Source: Octopus vulgaris
Lineage: Eukaryota
Direction: 5' to 3'
DNA length: 64,000 nt
NCBI GenBank assembly: GCA_951406725.2
Contig: OX597829.1
Location: 58,590,001 to 58,654,000, forward strand
Part shown: piece after piece, positions 43,179-53,414 of the stretch
How positions within the stretch are numbered: the stretch's first letter is position 1
How the letters are laid out: each line of letters starts with the position of its first letter
Position numbers and translations under genes: made by a program
Notes under the pieces: generated by a model
What the model was told of the DNA's origin: nothing
Databases searched by the model: none
Seen by the model: only the letters and a program-made list of their open reading frames with translations

Positions 43179-44535
43179 TCTATATATATAAAAATGAGAA
43201 CGTGTGTTTGTCTGTCTGTCAGTGTGTTGCCCTAAAACTTGAGAACTACACAACCAATTTCATTCAAATTTTACACATGCCTTACTTAGGATCCGGGGAG
43301 TGTCATCGGCAAAAAATATTTTTAACTATTTGCCTAGGGCGAGCCCACAGCAATATCATATCTTCTTCACGACGATTCCCTAAAACTTGAGAACTACACA
43401 ACCAATTTCATTCAAATTTTACACATACCTTACTTAGGGTCCGGGGGAGTGTCATCGGCAAAAAAATGTTCAACTTCTTGCCTAGGGCGAGCCCATAGCA
43501 ATATCATATCTTCTCCACGACGATTCCCTAAAACTTGAGAACTACACAACCAATTTGATATATCTTCTCCACTACGATTCCCTAAAACTTGAGAACTACA
43601 CAACCAATTTCATTAAAATTTTACACATGCCTTACTTAGGGTCCGGGAAGTGTCATCGGCAAAAATTAACTTTTTGCCTAGGGCGAGCCCACAGCAATAT
43701 CATATCTTCTCCACTACGATTCCCTAAAACTTGAGAACTACAAAACCAATTTCATTTAAAATTTTACACTTGCCTTACTTAGGGTCCATGTAGTTTCACG
43801 GGCAAAAAAAATGTTCAACTTCTTGCCTAGAGCGAGCCCATAGAAATATTATATCTTCTCCACTACGATTCCCTAAAACTTGAGAACTACAAAACCAATT
43901 CCATTCAAACTTTACACATGCCTTACTTAGGGTCCGGGGAGTGTCATCGGCAAAAAAAAAATGTTCAACTTCTTGCCTAGAGTGAGCCCATAGCAATATC
44001 ATATCTTCTCCACTATTTCAGTATTACGTGTTAAAAGTGAAACAAAAATATTTCTCTATTTTATGTCAGATGCATTCACTTTAACAATAAAAATTAAAAT
44101 AACAATTGAATATATGTAGTAAGTAATAATTAAAATCAAACTAAAGTATAATATAATCGTAACATACAAAAGTAAAAATAGCAATTGGTATAAAATTGCA
44201 TCAATGATTTGAACTTGAATAAGTGGTTTCACATGAATGGGAATAAATTAAAAATAAAATTAGCGTGCAGAAATGGAATAGTCCAGATGGATAATAAAAA
44301 ATTAAATTAAAGAAAAGACTATTGTCTATAAAGTATACAATGTAGAGCTAACAATTCCAGTCTGTTATATATTTTGAGTATTGTTATCACTAGCGATACC
44401 AAGATATAACTTTGTATTTTGCATTTTATGTGTAGATGTATATATATAGAGGTACATGTAATATGTACACATATATATATACACATATATACATGCACTA
44501 GCACTATGACCCGGTAAAGACGGGTCATAATGCTA

Positions 44536-44536
<1 letters not shown>
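43179..44536 (+). mobile_element. Non-autonomous Helitron with ~150-bp internal tandem repeats
   Basis: A|TC start, repeated ccctaaaacttgagaactacacaaccaatttc units, terminal hairpin tatgacccg/cgggtcata then CTAG|T. Confidence 0.7.
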
Positions 44537-44568
<32 letters not shown>

Positions 44569-44571
<3 letters not shown>

Positions 44572-44870
44572 CGCCAAGATAAATATTTAAACCACCTGAT
44601 GAATGACTGTAACTTGAAAATTTAAAGAAATTAACAGCCATGAAATGATCGTAGTGATATGTTAATTATATTTTTTATATAATTTTGTTATATATTTAAA
44701 TAATATAAATTAAATAATCTTATGTATTGGCTTAAGTTTTTCATTGTATGATTTGCCTAATAGTGGTTTTGTCTCTAATTTAATATAATATAATATTTTA
44801 CTATAAAATTGGATTCAATCCTAAATCTGATTTTTCCCTGTAAGTTTGGATTTATTCCCTAATATTTTAT

Positions 44871-44872
<2 letters not shown>
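44569..44872 (+). mobile_element. Probable Penelope-like pLTR fragment inserted in (TA)n
   Basis: AT-rich segment with a hammerhead fold, bounded by TA runs on both sides. Confidence 0.45.
44591..44658 (+). ncRNA. Minimal type I hammerhead ribozyme, partly degenerate
   Basis: accac-CTGATGA(44596-602), stem II atgactgt/acagccat (7 of 8 pairs), GAAA(44642-45), T-GATC-G, TA, gtgat (4 of 5 stem I pairs). Palindromic GATC loop on helix III. Confidence 0.65.
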
Positions 44873-44932
<60 letters not shown>

Positions 44933-45486
44933 AATTAAAAATAAAATTAGCGTGCAGAAATGGAATAGTCCAGATGGATAATAAAAAATTAAATTAAAGA
45001 AAAGACTATTGTCTATAAGGTATACAGTGTAGAGAGAAAAAAAGATTTGAACACATGGAGGAAAGCACCTTCGAAAAGTGTCTTGGTGCGACTATGAAAG
45101 ATATCTAACCAGAGGCGGTAAATTCGCCACAATAGAAGCAAGGTTCGAGTCAACGGAGCGTGTAAGGGAGTACTCGACTCGAACCTTGCAAAGTGGAAAT
45201 ATTTTATTTTTTCCTTTATATCTGGGATAGAAGTAGAGGTAGGCTGGATTGTAGCCCCACTTCTATACAAGAGGGAGGACAAGATACAATTGATCGAAAT
45301 TACAAGAGACGGGGCTACAATTCCAGTCTGTTATATATTTTGAATATTGTTATCACTAGCGATATCAAGATATCAAGAGGAAATGGTGTTTTCACGCAGG
45401 GAAAGAAATATTTAGGAAAATGTGTTGCTGAAAATGCACTTAAATTTCAAAAATTCGTAAATGTTTGAAATACATTTCTTTACATA

Positions 45487-46310
45487 CTAGCAGTATCGCC
45501 TGGCGTTGCTCGGGTTTGTAAGGGAAATAACTATATAAGCATTTTTAGAGATGTAACGTATAATAGCCATCTCAATATGGCTAACCACAAGGGGGGGGGG
45601 TGTTACTGTAGCTTTTTACGTTCTGAGATATAGTAATACATTTTTAGAGAGTTACTTCCCTTCTATAAACCGAGCGAAAATGCATTAAAAATACGGAAAA
45701 ATTATGGTAAATTTCTTTTAAAATCGTAGACTCATCGTAGACATTTTTAGAGAGTTACTTCCCTTATATAAAAGCGAAAAAAATGCATTAAAATGGAAAA
45801 AAATGATGGTAAATTTTTTTTTAAATCGTTGACTCATCGTAGACATTTTTAGAGTTACTTCCCTTATATAATAGCGAAAAAAAAGCATTAAAACGGAAAA
45901 AAATGATGGTAAATTTTTTTAAAAATCGTAGACTCATCGTAGACAATTTTAGAGAGTTACTTCCCTTATGTAATAGCGAAAAAAATGCATTAAAATGGAA
46001 AAAAATGATGGGTTTTTTTTTTAAATCATTGACTCATCGTAGACATTTTTAGAGAGTTACTTCCCTTATATAATAGCGAAAATATGCATTAAAATGGAAA
46101 AAAATGAGGGTAAATTTTTTTAAACATCGTTGACTCACCGTAGACATTTTTAGAGAGTTACTTCCCTTATATAATAGCGAAAAAAATGCATTAAAATGGA
46201 AAAAAAATTATGGTAGATTTTTTTAAAAATCATTGACTCATCGTAGACATTTTTAGAGAATTACTTCCCTTATGTAATAGCGAAAAAAATGCATTAAATG
46301 ATGGTAAATG
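45487..46310 (-). mobile_element. Helitron 3' part with ~100-bp tandem repeats
   Basis: CTAG plus hairpin at 45487-45515; about 6 units of catcgtagacatttttagagagttacttccc. Confidence 0.7.
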
Positions 46311-46422
46311 GAGCTTTAGGTGTTTTCGCTCAATAAACACTCACAACGCCCGGTCTGGGAATCGAAACCGCGATCCTACGACCGCGAGTCCGCTGTCCTA
46401 ACCATTGGGCCATTGCGCCTCC
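46310..46422 (-). mobile_element. SINE B head
   Basis: Reverse complement of ggaggcgcaatggccc..ggtttcgattccc. Confidence 0.75.
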
Positions 46423-46552
46423 TCCTAGGAATTGTATTTAGTCATAAGCCATCATAACGTCTGAGGACTCGAAATTTCAGATAACTTCAATAAGGGGTCA
46501 GGCATGCTCAAATGACTAGATTATAGACTTAAAACTAGCAAAAAGGACTTAC

Positions 46553-46646
46553 TTGCTCGTGAGTATCCGAAGGAAAATATGCAACCATCTGCTCCACTGA
46601 CCACACCCTGTATAATATCCGTAAGGGTACTTGCGCATATCTCTGT
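46553..46646 (-). CDS. KIF26: Next KIF26 motor-domain exon, ending inside the P-loop (94 nt, phase 0-1)
   Basis: This reading frame is not in the ORF track. After acceptor ggggttttttcag| it reads TEICASTLTDIIQGVVSGADGCIFSFGYSRA plus one A, then donor |gtaagt. It matches KIF26 [31 protein letters not shown] and splices in frame to the 62342-62551 exon. Confidence 0.92.
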
Positions 46647-46721
46647 CTGAAAAAACCCCAAAAAACAACAACATAGATAAGTAAATAACAATAGTTAGTT
46701 AGTTGGGTAGGTGTAAGGGTA

Positions 46722-46913
46722 GGTGTAGGGGTGGGTGTGTGGTAAGTAGCTTGCTTACCAACCACATGGTTCTGGGTTCAGTCCCACTGCGTGGAACCTT
46801 GGGCAAGTGTCTTCAACTATAGCCCCTTGGGTAAGTGTCTTCTATTATAGCCTCGGGCCGACCAAAGCCTTGTGAGTGGATTTGGTAGACGGAAACTGAA
46901 AGAAGCCCGCCGT

Positions 46914-46950
<37 letters not shown>

Positions 46951-47095
46951 CTGTGTGGTAAGTAGCTTGCTTGCCAACCATATGGTTCTGGGTTCAGTCC
47001 CACTGCATGGCACCTTGGCCAAGTGTCTTCTGCTATAACCTCGGGCTGACGAAAGCCTTGTGAGTGGATTTGGTCGACGGAAACTGAAAGAAGCC

Positions 47096-47142
<47 letters not shown>

Positions 47143-48019
47143 CATAGGAGTGGCTGTGTGGTAAGTAGCTTGCTTGCCAACCATATGGTTCTGGGTTCAG
47201 TCCCACTGCATGGCACCTTGGCCAAGTGTCTTCTGCTATAGCTTCGGGCTGACGAAAGCCTTGTGAGTGGGTTTGGTAGACGGAAACTGAGGGAAGCCCA
47301 TCGTATATATATATATATATGGGCATAGGAGTGGCTGTGTAGTAAGTAGCTTTCTTACCAACCATATGGTTCCGGGTTCAGTCCCAGTGCGTGGCACCTT
47401 GGGCAAGTGTCTTCTACTACAGCCTCGGGCCGACCAAAGCCTTGTGAGTGGATTTGGAAGACGGAAACTGAAAGAAGCCCATCGTATATATATATAGGCA
47501 CAGGAGTGGCTGTGTGGTAAGTAGCTTGCTTGCTAGCCATATGGTTCCGGGTTCAGTCCCACTGCGTGGCACCTTGGGCAAGTGTCTTCTACTGTAGCCT
47601 CGGGCCGACCAAAGCCTAGTGAGTGGATTTGGTAGACGGAAACTGAAAGAAGCCCATCGTATATATATATATGGGCATAGGAGTGGCTGTGTAGTAAGTA
47701 GCTTTCTTACCAACCATATGGTTCCGGGTTCAGTCCCAGTGCGTGGCACCTTGGGCAAGTGTCTTCTACTACAGCCTCGGGCCGACCAAAGCCTTGTGAG
47801 TGGATTTGGAAGACGGAAACTGAAAGAAGCCCATCGTATATATATAGGCACAGGAGTGGCTGTGTGGTAAGTAGCTTGCTTGCCAGCCATATGGTTCCGG
47901 GTTTAGTCCCACTGCGTGGCACCTTCGACGAGTTTCTTCTACTGTAGCCTCGGGCTGACCAAAGCCTTGTGAGTAGATTTGATAGACGGAAACTGAAAGA
48001 AGCCCGTCGTATATATATA

Positions 48020-48087
<68 letters not shown>

Positions 48088-48247
48088 CATAGGAGTGGCT
48101 GTGTGGTAAGTAGCTTGCTTGCCAACCATATGGTTCTGGGTTCAGTCCCACTGTGTGGAACCTTGGGCAAGTGTCTTCTGCTATAGCCCCGGGCTGACCA
48201 AAGCCTTGTGAGTGGATTTGGTAGACGGAAACTGAAAGAAGCCCGTC

Positions 48248-48300
<53 letters not shown>

Positions 48301-48602
48301 GATGCGTGATCACCGTGACCGACCAGGCAATCAGATGTTGCTACACATCGCTGGTCACAATGCGCTTCACATTGTTGTAGCCTTCAAATTACGCCATCCC
48401 GCTGGCTAAGCGAGCAGGCCAACAGAAGAAAAAGAGAGAGAGAAAATTGTGGCAAAAGAGTACAACAGGGGTCGCCACCATCCCCTGCCGGAGCCTCGTG
48501 GAGCTTTTAGGTGTTTTCGCTCAATAAACACTCACAACGCCCGGTCTGGGAATCGAAACCGCGATCCTACGACCGCGAGTCCGCTGGGCCATTGCGCCTC
48601 CC
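46722..48602. mobile_element. About 9 tandem SINE A heads (plus) then SINE B (minus, 48305-48602)
   Basis: Family motifs; the array begins about 75 bp from the KIF26 exon acceptor. Confidence 0.85.
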
Positions 48603-48689
48603 CTCAGATGATGCATTTGATTTTACTCAATTCTCATCTATCGTTTACGAGAAGAGAATTCATCATACACCGCCCCCTTATCTTTTAGT

Positions 48690-50985
48690 TGTTTCAGTCA
48701 TTAGAGTGGGGGGGTGGGAAGTGGCGTAGGTTTTCGATCAAAAGGGATCGTAAAAGGGAAAAAGGAAAAAAAAAAGAAAAAAAGAAAAGAAACAAAAGAA
48801 AAGAAAAAGGGAAAAAAAGGGGAAGAGGAAAAAAAAAAGAAAAAAAGAAAAGAAACAAAAGAAAAGAAAAAGGGAAAAAAAGGGGAAGAGGAAAAAAAAA
48901 AGAAAAAAAGAAAAGAAACAAAAGAAAAGAAAAAAGGAAAAAAAGGGAAGAGGAAAAAAAAAAGAAAAAAGAAAAGAAACAAAAAGAAAAGAAAAAGGGA
49001 AAAAAAGGGAAGAGGAAAAAAAAAAAGAAAAAAAGAAAAGAAACAAAAGAAAAGAAAAAGGGAAAAAAAGGGGAAGAGGAAAAAAAAAAAGAAAAAAAGA
49101 AAAGAAACAAAAAGAAAAGAAAAAGGAAAAAAAAAGGGGAAGAGGAAAAAAAAAAGAAAAAAAGAAAAGAAACAAAAAGAAAAAGAAAAAAGGGAAAAAA
49201 AGGGAAAAAGGAAAAAAAAAGAAAAAAAGAAAAGAAAAAAAAAGAAAAGAAAAAGGGAAAAAAAGGAAAAAAAGAAAAAAAAAAAGAAAAAAAGAAAAGA
49301 AACAAAAAAAAGAAAAGAAAAAGGAAAAAAAAAGGGAAGAGGAAAAAAAAAAGAAAAAAAGAAAAGAAACAAAAGAAAAGAAAAAGGGAAAAAAAAGGGG
49401 AAGAGGAAAAAAAAAAGAAAAAAAAGAAAAGAAACAAAAAGGGAAAAAAAGGGAAAAAGGAAAAAAAAAAGAAAAAAAGAAAAGAAACAAAAGAAAAGAA
49501 AAAGGAAAAAAAGGGGAAGAGGAAAAAAAAAGAAAAAAGAAAAGAAACAAAAGAAAAGAAAAAGGGAAAAAAAAGGGAAGAGGAAAAAAAAGAAAAAAAG
49601 AAAAGAAACAAAAGAAAAGAAAAAGGAAAAAAAAGGGAAGAGGAAAAAAAAACGATCAATAGGGATCGTGTATCACAGTGTCATGCTGTACGGTATAAAA
49701 GGGGAAGCAGATAAGGTTTATCCGTGGGAAGAAAAGCCTACGAAAAAGACCACGGTAACCTCGGTCAATATTGTTATATGTTACCACATTTGTTTGCAAG
49801 TGGATAACCCTCTGTTTTCAATTTCTGGGTTCATAGGATCATGCTCAAGGTGGCTTCGTCATTCATACGTGCCATCCTTGCTACATTCACCCATCTTTTT
49901 TTTTAAACATTCGCTAGACAAAACTTGCCTCTCTACTCTCACTTTCCTTTTCAAGTGGTACTTGAAGAAGTTGATGAGAGATTGACCAGAGAGGAAAGTG
50001 TTTGTCTCCAATCCTTTCAGAAAAAAGAAAAAGGGGGGAAGAGGAAAAAAAAACAGAACGATCAATAGGGATCGTGTATCACAGTGTTATGATATATGGT
50101 GTAAAAGGGAAAGCAAGTAACGTTTATCCGTGGGAAGAAAAGCCTACGAAAAAGACCACGGTAACCTTGGTCAATATTGTTATATGTTACCACATTTGTT
50201 TGCAAGTGGATAACCCTCTGTTTTCAATTTCTGGGTTCATAGGATCATGCTCAAGGTGGCTTCGTCATTCATACGTGCCATCCTTGCTACCTTCACCCAC
50301 CTTTTTTTAAAACATTCGCTAGACAAAACTTGCCTCTCTACTCTCACTTTCCTCTTTAAGTGATACTTGAAAAAGATGATGAGAGATTGACCAGAGAGGA
50401 AAGTGTTGTCCTTTCATACGCGTCCATCAGATACATTCTTTCGCCATAGCCACAAGTATTATGAAAATAGCTCTTCCTTCCCGTTTGAAGGAAGGAGGTG
50501 TGACAATATTGACGATAGACTCAGCTGATAAACCGACTCGTCCCACACGTGACAGCAGTTGTTCGACATAAGCCCACAGGTCGGAAATTGTTGGACACTG
50601 CACGAGTGCGTGCAGAACGGTTTCGTCGCTCTGACCGCATCTCGGGCAGGTCGGCCTCGTGTTTCTCGAGCCGTGTCTGTAGAGCTTATCCCGAACGGGT
50701 AGCGCTTCTCGGTAGCACTGCCAGGCCAGGGATCTCTGGAAGTTGTCCATGGGCCCTGGCCCGAAAGTCGTCCTTGCTACATTCACCCATCTTTTTTTAA
50801 AACATTCGCTAGACAAAACTTGCCTCTCTACTCTCACTTTCCTTTTCAAGTGGTACTTGAAGAAGTTGATGAGAGATTGACCAGAGAGGAAAGTGTTTGT
50901 CTCCAATCCTTTCAGACGCGTCCACCAGATACATTCTTTCGCCATAGCCACAAGGATGATGAAAATAGCTCTTCCTTCCCGTAAC
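48690..50985 (-). mobile_element. L1/Tx1-like LINE 3' end, partly triplicated
   Basis: ORF2 C-terminus with zf-RVT-type LAWQCYREALPVRDKL..CPRCGQSDETVLHALVQC..LW, followed by AKECIWWTR..RW. The ORF end occurs three times and the 3' UTR twice. Confidence 0.8.
48752..49652. repeat. 900-bp polypurine minisatellite (~60-bp unit)
   Basis: Only A/G plus about one C per unit; lies inside the LINE 3' UTR. Confidence 0.92.
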
Positions 50986-51299
50986 CCCAGTATCTATTTT
51001 TTTAAAGCCTGGTGCTTATTCTCCTAGCTCTCTTTTGCTGAACTGCTAAGTTAAGGGGACGTAAACAAACCAAAACCGGTTTTGAAGCGATAGTGGGGAA
51101 CAAATACAAACACAAATACAGACACAAACACACACACACACACAATGGGCTTCGTTCAGTTTCCGTCTACCAAATGCACTCAATGCTTTGGTCAGCCTTA
51201 AGCTATAGTAGAAGACACTTGCCCATGGTTCCACACAGTGAGACTGAACCTGTAACCATGTGGTTGGGAAGCAAGCTTCTTACCACACAGCGCCGCATG

Positions 51300-51361
51300 C
51301 AGAGAGATAGTCAGATAGAAAGATTGCTATGTAGATAAACAGACAGACAAACAGATGGATG

Positions 51362-51392
<31 letters not shown>

Positions 51393-51481
51393 GGTTAGAA
51401 AGAGAAAGATGGAAAGAGAAAGATAGATGGAGAGAGAGAGATAGAGATAGACAGATAGATAGAGAGGCAGACAGACAGACA

Positions 51482-51575
<94 letters not shown>

Positions 51576-51800
51576 CAGATAGATAGATAAGATAGAGAGA
51601 TAGATAGACAGATAGATAGATAGATAGAAAGATAGATGCATAGACAGATAGGTAGAGCGATAGAGAGACAGATAGATAGATAGATAGATAAGATAGACAG
51701 ACAGCTAGATAGATAGATAGACAGATAGATGGATAGATAGACAGACAGATAGAGGGAGAGAGGGAGAAAGAGAGAGGGAGAAAGAGAGAGGGAGAGAGAT
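51300..51800. repeat. (GATA)n/(GACA)n microsatellite
   Basis: Direct reading. Confidence 0.95.
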
Positions 51801-52238
51801 ACGAATTGTTTATTCTAGCTTACAATACTTTTTATACGACAAACCGATTGATACGAGGCTACCTTTATCAAAAAGAATGTGTGTAACCTCTTTGATAATA
51901 AACACTATTGATTTTTAAATTTTCCACATCGATAAATCTTTTCGTTTTTCTTTTCTTTTCTTCTTTTCGCTTTTTTTGTTTTTTATTGCGCCGTTTGTTT
52001 CAAGGCGGAATATTGAATTGTTCACAAATGAAGCACATTTGGTTTTTCGTTCTTTCTCGTTGATCAAAAAGAGAATTTCTTTTGATTTGACCATAAAAAT
52101 TCATTTTGATTAAAACGAACGAACGGCTCCGTGAATAACTGGATATAAAATAATTGCAAAATATTATAAATACTGAAAAAGTCACAGATATAAAGTCTCT
52201 GAAACGTGGAACGTCGAAAGAAAAAAAATATTAAAAAA

Positions 52239-52540
52239 CTGGCAGTATCGCCCGGCGTTGCTCGGGTTTGTAAGGGAAATAACTATGTTGACGAGAGGCA
52301 ATTACCTTGAAACTATAGTCCTTATGTATCACTTAGGTTTTCGAGGGAGGATGACCTCCCTTTGCAAATAACACAAGGGCACTGAAATTTTGTGTCTGAG
52401 GCCAGCTGGTGACGTTGATCTCCTGGGACTAAAAGCATCAGTAACACCCCACCCCCAGTGGCTAGCCACATTCAGATGGCTAGTACACTTTACGTCACTT
52501 TTAGAGAGTTATAGCCAAAAAAATAGCAAACAAAATGCCT
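52239..52540 (-). mobile_element. Helitron 3' end carrying an internal module
   Basis: Hairpin cgcccggcgttgctcggg; the internal part resembles 40990-41560. The end is duplicated at 53310-53410. Confidence 0.55.
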
Positions 52541-52779
52541 CGGGCCAACCAAAGACTTGTGAGTGAATTTGGTGGATGGAAACTGAAAGAAGCCCGTCGT
52601 ACATATATATATATATGGCTGCAGGAGTGGCTGTGTGGTAAGTAGCTTGCTTACCAATCACGTGGTTTAGGGTTCAGTCCCACTGCGTGGAACCTTGGGC
52701 AGGTGTATTCTACTATAGCCTCGGGCTGACCAAAGCCTTGTGAGTGGATTTGGTAGACGGAAACTGAAAGGAACCCGTT

Positions 52780-52830
<51 letters not shown>

Positions 52831-53240
52831 GGCGCAGGAGTGGCTGTGTGGTAAGTAGCTTGCTTACCAACCAGGTGGTTCAGGGTTCAGTCCCACTGCG
52901 TGGCACCTTGGTCAAGTGTCTTCTACTATAGCCCCGGGCCGACCAATGCCTTGTGAGTGGATTTGGTAGACGGAAACTGAAAGAAGCCTGTCGTATATAT
53001 ATATATATATATGTATGTGTGTTTGTGTTTGTGTGTTTGTGTTTGTCCCCCTAGCATTGCTTGACAATCGATGCTGGTGTGTTTATGCCCCCGTCACTTA
53101 GCGGTTCGGCAAAAGAGACCGATAGAATAAGTACTGGGCTTACAAAGAATAAGTCCCGGGGTCGAGTTGCTCGACTAAAGGTGGTGCTCCAGCATGGCCG
53201 CAGTCAAATGACTGAAACAAGTAAAAGAGTAAAAGAGTAA
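52535..53240 (+). mobile_element. SINE A heads and a full-length copy (52831-53240)
   Basis: Complete head, internal microsatellite and tail (gtaaaaga)n. Confidence 0.88.
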
Positions 53241-53414
53241 ATACTTAAAAAGTCACTGACATAAAGTCTCTGAAACGTGGAACGTCGAAAGAAAAAATAT
53301 ATTAAAAAACTAGCAGTATCGCCCGGCGTTGCTGGGGTTTGTAAGGGAAATAACTATATAAGCATTTTTAGAGAGTTATAGCCAAAATAGAGCAAAAAAA
53401 TCCATAAAAATGGA

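Noticed and set aside
51990-52100. Minus-strand ILFLINEKERKTKCASFV, resembling KIF26 WLFKLINERKEKTGARFSV
   Set aside because: Lies between two consecutive in-frame exons (wrong order) and lacks the flanking GIIPCAISW and VSAVE motifs; probably chance.
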